Shown piece by piece: positions 38,790 to 47,435 of a stretch of DNA of 64,000 nucleotides (the first letter of the stretch is position 1; every line of letters begins with the position of its first letter). This stretch comes from an uncultured Armatimonadia bacterium (GTDB taxonomy: Bacteria; Armatimonadota; Zipacnadia; UBA1398; CAZMGT01): assembly GCA_964565895.1 (NCBI GenBank), contig CAZMGT010000002.1, positions 78,510 through 142,509 on the forward strand, given 5' to 3'. The notes beneath the pieces are model-generated. The model saw nothing but the letters and a program-made list of their open reading frames with translations. It made no database searches and was not told where the DNA came from. The position numbers and the translations under genes were made by a program.

Positions 38790-38890
38790 CATTTGCTGTG
38801 GGGAGAATTGCAGGCACCTTACTGGATCATGTCGCGCACGGAAAGTATTGTGGTGGCCTTCATAGGCCGAGGGGAGGGTGACAAAGAAAA

Positions 38891-40114
38891 ATGAGAAAGC
38901 GCCTTGAACCCTCGGTTTTCAGGCTGCCCATTCACGACATAAGACACGGGTTTTTCTCCGCCGTTTACTTTTGGAGAACAAAACGTGTATTAGAACAGGA
39001 CAACAGACACCCCACAATTACCCACCAAATTTTCCAGAAAAAGGAGAACGTGATAATCTGCGGGACAGACGAAGCCATTGCCATATTGAAAACGGGCACC
39101 GGTTACTACAAAGATTACAGCGCAGCGGCCGAGGCATTTGAGCAGCTTGCGCAACTGCGCCAACAGGCCGACGCCGCACTGCGCGCTCGCGACTATCACG
39201 CGCACAAGAAGTTGTGCGCAAAGTGCGCCGACCTTTCGCGCAAGCTAGACGAGCTCTGGGTGGACTGCTTCGATCGCATCCAAGTGTGGTCGCTTTACGA
39301 TGGCGATCGCCTTTCTGCGTGGGAGACGGCGATGCTCATCGAGGGCGACTATTCGCTCTTCGCCCATCTAGAGTCGCTCTATCTCGGGGTGCTCGCCCGG
39401 CGCACGAAGATCGCCACAAACACACGGGCCCTGGCCGAGGCCGCGCGGGGGAAGCCCGTTTTATACTTCGCGGACCGCTTCGACTACTTCCTCGCCCAGC
39501 CGGGCGACGGCCACGCCGCACAAGTCGGTGGCGCGGCCGGGGTGTGCACGGACGCCATGGCCGCGCTGTGGCAGGGCCGCGGGCTGGGGACCATTCCCCA
39601 CGCGATGATCGTCGCCTACGGCGGAGACACGGCGCTTGCCGCGGAGAAGTTTAACGCGTTCTTGCCCACGGTGAACACGATCAGCCTGGTGGACTTCGAC
39701 AACGACTGCGTAAACACGGCGCTCGCCGTCGCCCGGCGCCTCGGCGAGCGCCTGTGGGGCGTGCGCATTGACACGGCGGAAAACCTCGTCGACCGCTCGC
39801 TGCAAAACCTTGCCCACCTGCCCGACGAGGAAAAATATGGCCCCGTGCCGCTGCTTGCGGAGAAGGTCCGCCAAGCGCTGGACCGCGAGGGGTTTGGGCA
39901 CGTTAAAATCGTCGTCTCCGGCGGGCTAAACCCGGAGAAAATCGCGCGGTTTGAGGAGCGTGGGGCCCCAGTCGACGCCTATGGCGTGGGAAGCTGGATT
40001 CTCTCCGGGCGGTTTGACTTTACCGCCGACGCTGTGCGCTTGGAAGGGAAAAATCTGGCCAAGGTGGGCCGCGAGTATAAGCCCAACGATCGCCTCGAGC
40101 TCGTGCGCGGCTAG
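38891..40114 (+). CDS. pncB: nicotinate phosphoribosyltransferase (class II, about 400 aa)
   Basis: This is NAPRTase family by length and layout. It lies directly upstream of a nicotinamidase gene, giving an NAD salvage pair. Confidence 0.55.
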   Translation: MRKRLEPSVFRLPIHDIRHGFFSAVYFWRTKRVLEQDNRHPTITHQIFQKKENVIICGTDEAIAILKTGTGYYKDYSAAAEAFEQLAQLRQQADAALRARDYHAHKKLCAKCADLSRKLDELWVDCFDRIQVWSLYDGDRLSAWETAMLIEGDYSLFAHLESLYLGVLARRTKIATNTRALAEAARGKPVLYFADRFDYFLAQPGDGHAAQVGGAAGVCTDAMAALWQGRGLGTIPHAMIVAYGGDTALAAEKFNAFLPTVNTISLVDFDNDCVNTALAVARRLGERLWGVRIDTAENLVDRSLQNLAHLPDEEKYGPVPLLAEKVRQALDREGFGHVKIVVSGGLNPEKIARFEERGAPVDAYGVGSWILSGRFDFTADAVRLEGKNLAKVGREYKPNDRLELVRG

Positions 40115-40137
40115 CTTGCTGGCCTAAGGCGAGGAGG

Positions 40138-40710
40138 ATGACCGCGGTGACCATCGACCGCGCCCGCGATGCGCTGATTATCGTGGACTTGCAAAATGAC
40201 TTCTGCCCCGGCGGGGCCCTTCCCGTCCCTCGGGGCGACGAGATCGTCCCCATCATTAACGCGCTTGTGGAGAAGTTCGACCACGTCTTTGCCACGCAGG
40301 ACTGGCACCCGGAAAACCACGTTTCATTTAAAACACAAGGCGGGCCCTGGCCCCCGCACTGCGTCCAGGGATCGCCCGGGGCGGAGCTGCACCCCAACCT
40401 GCGCGCGGAGAACGCCGTGCGCGTGCGCAAGGGGACCAACCCCCAGCGCGAGGCCTACTCCGGCTTTGAGGGGACCGACCTTGCGGACAAGCTGCGCGCT
40501 GCCGGCGTGCGCCGCGTGTTCGTGTGCGGCCTGGCCACGGACTACTGCGTTAAGGCCACAGTGCTCGACGCTCTGCGCGAGGGGTTTGACGTGGTTGTCG
40601 TCTCCGACGCCGTGCGCGGGGTTGACGTAAAGCCCGGAGACTCCCAAGCGGCGCTTGAGGAAATGAAGGCCGCCGGGGCGGCGGTAGTCGCTTCGAGCGA
40701 GATTTGCTAG
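40138..40710 (+). CDS. pncA: nicotinamidase / pyrazinamidase (isochorismatase family)
   Basis: IVDLQNDFCPGGAL is the PncA N-terminal motif. The catalytic Cys lies in VFVCGLATDYCV. A GAGGAGG RBS is present. Confidence 0.7.
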   Translation: MTAVTIDRARDALIIVDLQNDFCPGGALPVPRGDEIVPIINALVEKFDHVFATQDWHPENHVSFKTQGGPWPPHCVQGSPGAELHPNLRAENAVRVRKGTNPQREAYSGFEGTDLADKLRAAGVRRVFVCGLATDYCVKATVLDALREGFDVVVVSDAVRGVDVKPGDSQAALEEMKAAGAAVVASSEIC

Positions 40711-40849
40711 CGCGCCGGCCGCTGAGCGCCGGACGCGGTTTGCCAGCGGCCGCGCGATCCGCCTTGGCCAAGAGCTTGCGCCGAAGCGCGGCGTGGGGCG
40801 GCAGCCGTGGCGGAGGAGGAGGGCAAGCGCTAGCGAACGGGCGTTTGTA

Positions 40850-40878
40850 TTGACAAATTGAAACGGCCGTTCTATAAA
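40850..40878 (+). promoter_or_regulatory. consensus sigma-70-type promoter (TTGACA-17-TATAAA) with a perfect 10-bp palindrome AACGGCCGTT in the spacer, a candidate TetR operator
   Basis: TTGACA is at 40850-40855, the 17-nt spacer is aattgaaacggccgttc, and TATAAA is at 40873-40878. The palindrome is at 40862-40871. This is an AT-rich patch in an otherwise GC-rich genome, about 70 nt upstream of the tetR ATG. Confidence 0.5.
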
Positions 40879-40944
40879 TGAAACCGCTCTTCTAATTCGG
40901 GCCCGCAGAAACGACTCGCTTTGTACACAAGGCAGGAGCTAGCC

Positions 40945-41586
40945 ATGGCTGCGGAGAAGCTTTCGCGGCGGGAGCGAGAGCGCGAGAGGCACCGCGAGCT
41001 AATCTTGCACGCCGCGGAGAGGCTTTTTGCGGAAAAGGGTTTTTATCGGACGACGATGCAGGAGATTGCACAGCGGGCGGAGTTTGCGCTAGGGACGGTA
41101 TACCGCTTTTTCCGGGGGAAGCAGGAGCTTTATGAGCAGCTTTTGGAGCGCAAGCTGCAGGAGCTTGTAGCGACGGTTTGCGACCAGATGGCGCAGGAAC
41201 AGTCGCCGTTGGGGCGGGTGCGCAAGTTTATCGAGGCCAAGCTTACGTTCCTCGCCGGAAACGCCCACTTCGCCCGCCTGTTCTTTGCCGAAGCCCATGC
41301 CTGGCGCTCCTCCGTGAGCCAGCGCTTGGAGCGCAAGCTGCGCGACAAATATAACGACCTCCTCGACAAGCTCAGCGGAACGTTCGAGGAAGGCATGGGC
41401 CAGGGCATCTTTGCTCAAACCGACCCGCGCTTGCTTGCCCTAGCCCTCGATGGGCTAACCAGCGCGCTTGCCCTGCGCTGGGCGGAATGGCGCGAGCAAA
41501 GCAGCGATGTTTCGCCAGCGTCGGAAATCGAAGCCGCCAAGCGGCTTTTCCTGCAGGGCGTGCTTGCCCGACCGCAGACAATGTAG
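40945..41586 (+). CDS. TetR/AcrR-family transcriptional regulator
   Basis: The HTH is FAEKGFYRTTMQEIAQRAEFALGTVYRFF. An AGGCAGGAG RBS precedes the ATG at 40945. Confidence 0.7.
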   Translation: MAAEKLSRRERERERHRELILHAAERLFAEKGFYRTTMQEIAQRAEFALGTVYRFFRGKQELYEQLLERKLQELVATVCDQMAQEQSPLGRVRKFIEAKLTFLAGNAHFARLFFAEAHAWRSSVSQRLERKLRDKYNDLLDKLSGTFEEGMGQGIFAQTDPRLLALALDGLTSALALRWAEWREQSSDVSPASEIEAAKRLFLQGVLARPQTM

Positions 41587-41631
41587 TCCTAGCGCTCGAC
41601 TCATCCTGGGCCACGGGGAGATGGGTGAGCT

Positions 41632-43095
41632 ATGGACTGGCAAACGGTGTTCCGCAACGATTCCTTGCGCGCCGTGCTGCGCACGTTGATTTCCTATGGC
41701 TTGTTCCGGCAGGGCACGATCCGGTTCATCGAGCGCAAGGCGCAGGAGGCGTTGCTCTACGAGGACGCCTATGGCCGGCCGCTGCAGGTGCAGGAGGACA
41801 AAAAGGCCCTCCTTTCCGCTGTGTTGCACAGCATCGATCGCGGCATTGAGCGCGGGCTGATATCCAAGCGCGTGCTCGACCGTGCCCTGCGCATCTTCCT
41901 CCTCGATGTCCTGTGCAGCCGCGACATCCGCCTTCGCGCGCAGGAGCGCTTGGGGTTTATGCCCCCCCTGTTTGTGACCATTAGCCCGACGATGAAGTGC
42001 AACCTGCGCTGCCCCGGGTGCTACGCGACAAGCGCCCCGCACTGCGAGGCCAAGCTCGACTGGGATACGTTCGACCGTATTCTTACCGAGATGAAGGAGC
42101 TCTGGGGCTCGTGCTTTGCGGTAATCTCCGGCGGCGAGCCGTTTTTGTGGAACGACAACGGCCGCACGTTCCTGGACATGGCCGAAAAGCACGACTATCG
42201 CTTTTTCCTCGTCTACACCAACGGCACGCTCATCGATGACAAGCTCGCCCGGCGCCTGGCCGAGCTGGGCAACATTACCCCGGCCATTTCCGTGGAGGGC
42301 TATGAGGCGGAGACCGACGCCATTCGCGGCAAGGGCGTCTACAAGCGCATTCTCCGTGCGTTTGACGCCCTGCGCGAAGCGGGCGTGATGTTTGGCATCT
42401 CGATTACCGCGACGAGGCGCAACTGGGACTTAGTGACCCGTGAGGAGCTGTTTGACTTCTACTTCGAGGAGCAGGGCGCGCTTTACGCGTGGATCTTCCA
42501 ATACATGCCCATTGGGCGCAAGCACGCGTTCGACCTAATGGTCACCCCGCAGCAGCGGCTAGAGATGCTCCGCCGCGTTTGGCGCCTTGTGCGCGAGCGC
42601 AAAATGTTCATCGCCGACTTCTGGAACAGCGGAACGGCGAGCGACGGGTGCATCGCCGCGGGCCGCGCCGGCGGATACTTCTACATCAACTGGAACGGCG
42701 ACGTTACCCCGTGCGTGTTCATCCCCTATGCCGCGGCGAACATCTACGACATCTACCGTAGCGGGGGGACGCTGAACGACGTTCTGCAGACGCCGCTGTT
42801 TAAGCGCATTCGCGACTGGCAGCACGAATATGGCTATCAGCAGCCTGCGGAGAAGACGCGCAACTGGCTTTGCCCCTGCGCCATTCGCGACCATTTCGAC
42901 AACTTCCTTAAAGCGGCGCAGGAGTGCCCCGTGACACCGATTGACCCCGACGCCGAGCAGGCCCTCGGCGACCCGGAGTATCACCGCGCGATGATCCAAT
43001 ACGGCAAGGAGTTCGACCGCATTAGCAGCGAGATCTGGGAGCGCGAGTACATCGCCCCGCACAAGGGCGGCGATCAGCAGCGCGTCGCCGTATAG
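41632..43095 (+). CDS. radical SAM enzyme with a partial SPASM/Twitch-like C-terminal Cys cluster and an unusual N-terminal extension of about 125 aa
   Basis: CNLRCPGCY (CxxxCxxC) sits at about residue 130, after ISPTMK. GGEPFLW is the glycine-rich SAM motif. Later, DGCIAAGRAGGYFYINWNGDVTPC (a SPASM-like C...G.V.PC) and NWLCPC are present. It starts 45 nt after tetR. Confidence 0.55.
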   Translation: MDWQTVFRNDSLRAVLRTLISYGLFRQGTIRFIERKAQEALLYEDAYGRPLQVQEDKKALLSAVLHSIDRGIERGLISKRVLDRALRIFLLDVLCSRDIRLRAQERLGFMPPLFVTISPTMKCNLRCPGCYATSAPHCEAKLDWDTFDRILTEMKELWGSCFAVISGGEPFLWNDNGRTFLDMAEKHDYRFFLVYTNGTLIDDKLARRLAELGNITPAISVEGYEAETDAIRGKGVYKRILRAFDALREAGVMFGISITATRRNWDLVTREELFDFYFEEQGALYAWIFQYMPIGRKHAFDLMVTPQQRLEMLRRVWRLVRERKMFIADFWNSGTASDGCIAAGRAGGYFYINWNGDVTPCVFIPYAAANIYDIYRSGGTLNDVLQTPLFKRIRDWQHEYGYQQPAEKTRNWLCPCAIRDHFDNFLKAAQECPVTPIDPDAEQALGDPEYHRAMIQYGKEFDRISSEIWEREYIAPHKGGDQQRVAV

Positions 43096-43121
43096 CGCGC
43101 AAAAGCAAGGCAAAAGTCGCT

Positions 43122-43152
43122 CGCGGGCGGCCCTGCCCGCGGGCGTTTTTTT
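43122..43152 (+). terminator. rho-independent terminator after the radical SAM gene (possibly bidirectional with convergent fpg)
   Basis: Stem cgcgggc / gcccgcg with loop ggccct, then ggcg and TTTTTTT at 43146-43152. Confidence 0.6.
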
Positions 43153-43157
43153 GTGGC

Positions 43158-43970
43158 TTACCTTTGGCAGCGCGGGCAGAAGTAGGTGCTTCGGTTCTGC
43201 TGACCGATCCTCTTAATCTTCGCCCCACAGCGCAGGCAAGGCTCGCCCTCGCGCCCGTAGACCTTAAGAAAGTTTTGAAACGAGCCCTCATCGCCCTGCG
43301 CATCGCGATACTCGCTAACGGTCGTTCCGCAGAACGCTATTGCGCGGCGGAGAACGCCACGTATCGCGCGGTGTAGCCGGCGCACTTCGTCTGGGCAAAG
43401 CGAGCCCGCCGGCCGCTCGGGGTGTAGGCCCGCCGCGAACAATATCTCCGCGGCGTAAATGTTGCCGATCCCCGCAACTTTGTCCTGGCGCATGAGCCAC
43501 AGCTTAAGCCCCTGCTTGCTTTGGCCAAGAAGCTCCGCTAGGCGTCGCGCCGTCAGCTCACGGCTGAGGGGCTCCACCCCTTGCGGGGCGACCTCCTCCA
43601 CCTTGCGGCACAGGTGCATCGTCCCCAGCCGGCGCAAGTCGCAAAACCACAGGCTCCCTTTGCTTAAGCGCACGCGAGCGCGCAGCCTGCGCCGGTCCTC
43701 GGGGCCGATGCGCGGGGCGTAAAACAGCCTGCCCGTCATGCGCAGGTGAAAGCACAGCCACAGGCCCTCGCCGTCGCGCGGGGCGGGCCCGAGCTCGATC
43801 GCCACAACCTTTCCCCGGCGCGTTACCCCGCGCACCTTGCGCCCTCGCGCGCGCTCGGGCTGAGGCACGCCAAGCCGCGCGTCGAGCACTTGCACCTCGC
43901 GCACAACCAACCCCGGCAACACGGGCGCGAGCTGGCGGACGATCGTCTCTACCTCGGGCAGCTCGGGCAT
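43158..43970 (-). CDS. mutM: formamidopyrimidine-DNA glycosylase
   Basis: The N-terminus is MPELPEVETI. A C-terminal zinc finger CPRCQR is present. Confidence 0.75.
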   Translation of the reverse strand: MPELPEVETIVRQLAPVLPGLVVREVQVLDARLGVPQPERARGRKVRGVTRRGKVVAIELGPAPRDGEGLWLCFHLRMTGRLFYAPRIGPEDRRRLRARVRLSKGSLWFCDLRRLGTMHLCRKVEEVAPQGVEPLSRELTARRLAELLGQSKQGLKLWLMRQDKVAGIGNIYAAEILFAAGLHPERPAGSLCPDEVRRLHRAIRGVLRRAIAFCGTTVSEYRDAQGDEGSFQNFLKVYGREGEPCLRCGAKIKRIGQQNRSTYFCPRCQR

Positions 43971-43976
43971 CGCTGG

Positions 43977-44138
43977 CTAGTCGGTGGGGTCGAAAAACTC
44001 CTTGCCCAGCCCACACACGGGGCACACCCAGTCCTCGGGCAGGTCCTCGAACAACGTCCCCGGGGCAACGCCGTTTTCCGGGTCGCCCTTCTCGGGGTCG
44101 TAGATATAGCCGCACGCCGTGCACTTGTATTTTTGCAT
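43977..44138 (-). CDS. rubredoxin
   Basis: [15 protein letters not shown]...WVCPVCG carries the two CxxCG knuckles. A GGAGGAAGG RBS is present. The longer ORF in the track is rejected. Confidence 0.7.
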   Translation of the reverse strand: MQKYKCTACGYIYDPEKGDPENGVAPGTLFEDLPEDWVCPVCGLGKEFFDPTD

Positions 44139-44163
44139 GGGCTTCAACCCCTTCCTCCGCGCC

Positions 44164-45363
44164 CTACTGCGCCGGGGCCAGACCCCTGTGCCGCTCGGCA
44201 ATGGCCTCGGCCAAGCGCTCGATCGCCTGCTCGTCCTCGGGCCGGGGCAAGCCCCTGACAAGCACGGGCTCGAGCAGCTCCAGGCGCAGGCCGCCAAGCA
44301 GCTCCGCCAACTGCTCCACCGTGTGCCCGCCCCATCCATACGACCCGATCACTGCCGCAAAGCGCGCCTTTGGGCGCAGGGCATTCGCCAAATATGCCGC
44401 ATAGACAGCGCTCGGGTGCGCCCCGCCGAGCACCGTGGGCGCCCCTAAGACGATCGTCGCCGCGTCAACCAGCGTCATGGCCAACTTGCCCAGGTCCGTG
44501 ACCTGAAGGTCGAACACCTCGCAGGGCACGCCGCGCGCGGCCAACGCCTCGACGAGCCGCGCGACCAGCGCCCGCGTGCTCCCGTGCATCGAGACATAGC
44601 ACACAGCGGCAAGGTTCTTGGGCTCGCCGCTTACCCATTCGCGATAGGCGTCGAGGATAAACCGCGGCTCGCTATGCAGCGGGCCGTGGCTGGGCGCGAT
44701 AAGCAAAGGGTCAAGCTCCTCGACCTTCGCCAGGTGTTTTTCGATCGTCCGGGCGAAGGGCATCATGATTTCCGCATAGTAGCGCTTTGCCGCGAGGTAT
44801 AGCGCGCGCCGGTCGGGGGCGAACAGCTCGCTCGTGGCCAGGTGCGAGCCAAACAGGTCGCAGGGAAACAGCGTCCGCTCCTGTTCGAGATAGGTAAGCA
44901 TCGTCTCCGGCCAGTGCACCCAGGGGGCGTGAATAAAGCGCAGGGTCCGGTCGCCAAGCGGGAGCCGCTCCCCGTCGCCCACGGTGAGGAACCTCTCCTC
45001 GGGCAGGTGCAGGAGGTTAACGAGCAGCCCCTTTGCTTTTTCGGTACAAACAACTTTTGCGCTGGCAAACCGCGCGAGAACTTGGGGCAGAGCGCCGGAG
45101 TGGTCTTGCTCTGCGTGGTTGGCGATAACGTAGTGTAGCTCGCTTATCCCCAAGCTCTCCAGCCGGGCAAGCAGCACGTCGGCCTTGGGCGGGTCAACGG
45201 TGTCCACAAGCGCCGTGGCTTCGCTTCCGCGGACGAGGTAGGCGTTGTAGCTCGTCCCGTCGGGCAGGGGGATGAGGGCGTCGAACATGCGGCGCTCCCA
45301 GTCCACCGCGCCCACCCAAAACACGCGCTCGGAAACCGCCTTTGGCGTAAACCGCACAGTCAC
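44164..45363 (-). CDS. flavodiiron protein (FprA/ROO-type: metallo-beta-lactamase-like diiron domain plus a flavodoxin domain)
   Basis: The diiron signature HAEQDH (HxExDH) is present. A C-terminal flavodoxin-like domain follows. It is translationally coupled (4-nt overlap) to the upstream rubrerythrin-like gene. Confidence 0.7.
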   Translation of the reverse strand: MTVRFTPKAVSERVFWVGAVDWERRMFDALIPLPDGTSYNAYLVRGSEATALVDTVDPPKADVLLARLESLGISELHYVIANHAEQDHSGALPQVLARFASAKVVCTEKAKGLLVNLLHLPEERFLTVGDGERLPLGDRTLRFIHAPWVHWPETMLTYLEQERTLFPCDLFGSHLATSELFAPDRRALYLAAKRYYAEIMMPFARTIEKHLAKVEELDPLLIAPSHGPLHSEPRFILDAYREWVSGEPKNLAAVCYVSMHGSTRALVARLVEALAARGVPCEVFDLQVTDLGKLAMTLVDAATIVLGAPTVLGGAHPSAVYAAYLANALRPKARFAAVIGSYGWGGHTVEQLAELLGGLRLELLEPVLVRGLPRPEDEQAIERLAEAIAERHRGLAPAQ

Positions 45364-45872
45364 TCTCCCGCTCCCTTCCCCCGGGCCTCGGCCAGGCGTT
45401 TGTTTAGCTGGGCAATGTGCCCCAGCTCCTCCTTAATTATCGCCTCAATGCGCTCCCGTCCGAGCCTCTGGGGAACGAGCTCGCGCATTTGCACATAGAA
45501 CACGATGGAGTCTTTTTCCAGCTCGATCGCCGTGGCCAGGATCTCCTCCAGAGGCTCGCCACCACGGAGAAGCTCCGCGGGGTCCTTGCGAATGTCGAAG
45601 ACATAGCCGTCGGCCATTGCGTGCAGGTAAAGCCCGGCTTCGCCCGTGGGGTCGAACACTGTGGCCCGGCGCTCGGCGGGGGAGAGCTCGCTGCGCATTT
45701 GGGCAAACGTGCGCTCGTGGTCCTCCTCCATTTTCGCCAGGTCAAGCAGGGCCTGGCGCGCTGGTCCCGAGGCGTTCTCCGCGGCCAGGTGGTAAAACCG
45801 CGCTCCATTGCGCTCGATGCGCTCGGCCATTTGCAAAATCTCGTCCGCGTTAAACGTAATGCTCATGCTCAT
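45360..45872 (-). CDS. ferritin-like diiron protein, rubrerythrin family (no rubredoxin domain)
   Basis: Two ExxH motifs (MEEDHERTF, EELGHIAQL) sit in a helical ferritin-like fold. A GGAGGAGG RBS is present. Confidence 0.55.
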   Translation of the reverse strand: MSMSITFNADEILQMAERIERNGARFYHLAAENASGPARQALLDLAKMEEDHERTFAQMRSELSPAERRATVFDPTGEAGLYLHAMADGYVFDIRKDPAELLRGGEPLEEILATAIELEKDSIVFYVQMRELVPQRLGRERIEAIIKEELGHIAQLNKRLAEARGKGAGE

Positions 45873-46013
45873 GCCTCCTCCGCGGGCGCTCGTTGCCTGG
45901 TTTCGCCGGCGGGTGCCTGGCGGGAGCCTCGGCGGCGAGCTATGAATATCAATAGCGCGCGTTTGCCAAAAGTTCCCCGCGCAGGCCGCGCTCGGGCGGC
46001 ATGCCCTGCTTGG

Positions 46014-47396
46014 CTACCAGCCGTAGCGCTCAGGGCCCCAGTCGCGCAGCTCGAGCTGTTGCTTGGCCAAAACGAGCTTTCCGCTGGGCAGATCCTCGTA
46101 GAGAATCACGCCCGGCCCGACGCAGCTATAGCAGCCGACCTTTACCCCAGGCATGAGAATCGCGTTTACGCCCGTGCGCGAATGGTCGCCGAGATACGAG
46201 GCGTTTGCCCCCACGCGAGGGATCTCCGGCCGGCCCTTTACCCGGTGCACGGTGGAGCCATCATCAAAGCGCAGCGTCCCGCATACCGTCGCCGCGCCGA
46301 TGTCCACCGCGCGCCCGAGCACCCCGCACACCTCGCAGTAGTGATACAGATACACCCGCTCGAACGTTACCCCGGCAAACTCCGCGCAGTGCGCGACAAT
46401 GCCAAACTCGCCCAGCGACGACCACGCGCCAACCTTGCAGTAATCCTCAACCCGGCAGTTTCGCCCGACGACCACCTGCCCCCCGAGGATCGCTCCGTTG
46501 CTAATCGTCGTGTTCTCGCCGACGATCGCGTCTCCCCCAATGACTACCCGCTTGCCGATGTGCACGTTCTCGCCGAGGACGAGCCTGCCCGAGATCTCCG
46601 CGCTGTCGCTAATCGTGCACGACCGGCCAATGCGCTCCTCGGGGTGCAGGGCGAGCAGGTGGGCGATCGCCGCGCGGTTGGCGGAGAGGATATGCCACGG
46701 CTTGTCAATGTCCACGCACGGCCCGCGGGCCTCCACCGCGGCGACGGCCACGCCGTCCTCGATCATCATCTGCAGCGACTGGGCGAGCTCCGCCTCGCGC
46801 GGGGGCATGCCGCCCACGGGGACGGCGGTCATTATCCCCGGGTTTTCGCGCAGGTGCTTAACGTGCGCCGGGCGCAGGGCAAACACCCCGCCCAGGCGGT
46901 GCGTTCCGCCGCGGGGGTGGCCCTCCACTCCGCGCACAACGCCGTCGCCAACGCTCGCGCAAATCCAGTCCTGCGGGCGCTCCCCCGCGAGAGGGACAAC
47001 GAGCGCCGCGGCCTCCGCCTCGCCCCGCTCCACTGCCTCGCGCACGGCGCGCAGGTCCTCGCGCGTCACGAACACATCGCCATAGACGACAAGCGCAAGG
47101 TCGAAATCCTCGTCCTCAAGCGCGGCAAGGGCGGCGTCCGCCGTTCCCGTGGGCTGCTCTTGGGTAATGTAGCGCACGCGCTCGCTCCACTGCCGCAGGG
47201 CATAGCGCACGCTCGGCGCGTTGTGCCCGACAACCACGTGAAGGCCCTCTGCGCCGCTGGCGAGCAGCTCCTCGGCGAGGTGGGCGATAAGGGGCTTTCC
47301 CGCAATGGGCACGGCGCATTTTTGCCGCAGCTCGCCAAACGGCCAGGCGCGGCTGCCCTTTCCCGCGGCAAGCACAACAACGCGCACCTGCGCCAT
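46014..47396 (-). CDS. GlmU-like bifunctional nucleotidyltransferase plus left-handed beta-helix acyltransferase
   Basis: VVVLAAGKGSRAWPFGELRQKCAVPIAGKPLI is an NTP-transferase motif. A long hexapeptide-repeat C-terminus follows. The start is at 47396 after a GGGAGGGG SD. Whether this is the true glmU is unresolved. Confidence 0.55.
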   Translation of the reverse strand: MAQVRVVVLAAGKGSRAWPFGELRQKCAVPIAGKPLIAHLAEELLASGAEGLHVVVGHNAPSVRYALRQWSERVRYITQEQPTGTADAALAALEDEDFDLALVVYGDVFVTREDLRAVREAVERGEAEAAALVVPLAGERPQDWICASVGDGVVRGVEGHPRGGTHRLGGVFALRPAHVKHLRENPGIMTAVPVGGMPPREAELAQSLQMMIEDGVAVAAVEARGPCVDIDKPWHILSANRAAIAHLLALHPEERIGRSCTISDSAEISGRLVLGENVHIGKRVVIGGDAIVGENTTISNGAILGGQVVVGRNCRVEDYCKVGAWSSLGEFGIVAHCAEFAGVTFERVYLYHYCEVCGVLGRAVDIGAATVCGTLRFDDGSTVHRVKGRPEIPRVGANASYLGDHSRTGVNAILMPGVKVGCYSCVGPGVILYEDLPSGKLVLAKQQLELRDWGPERYGW

Positions 47397-47435
47397 CTCC
47401 CTCGCCCCTCCCGCGTAAGCCACACCGCCCCGCTG

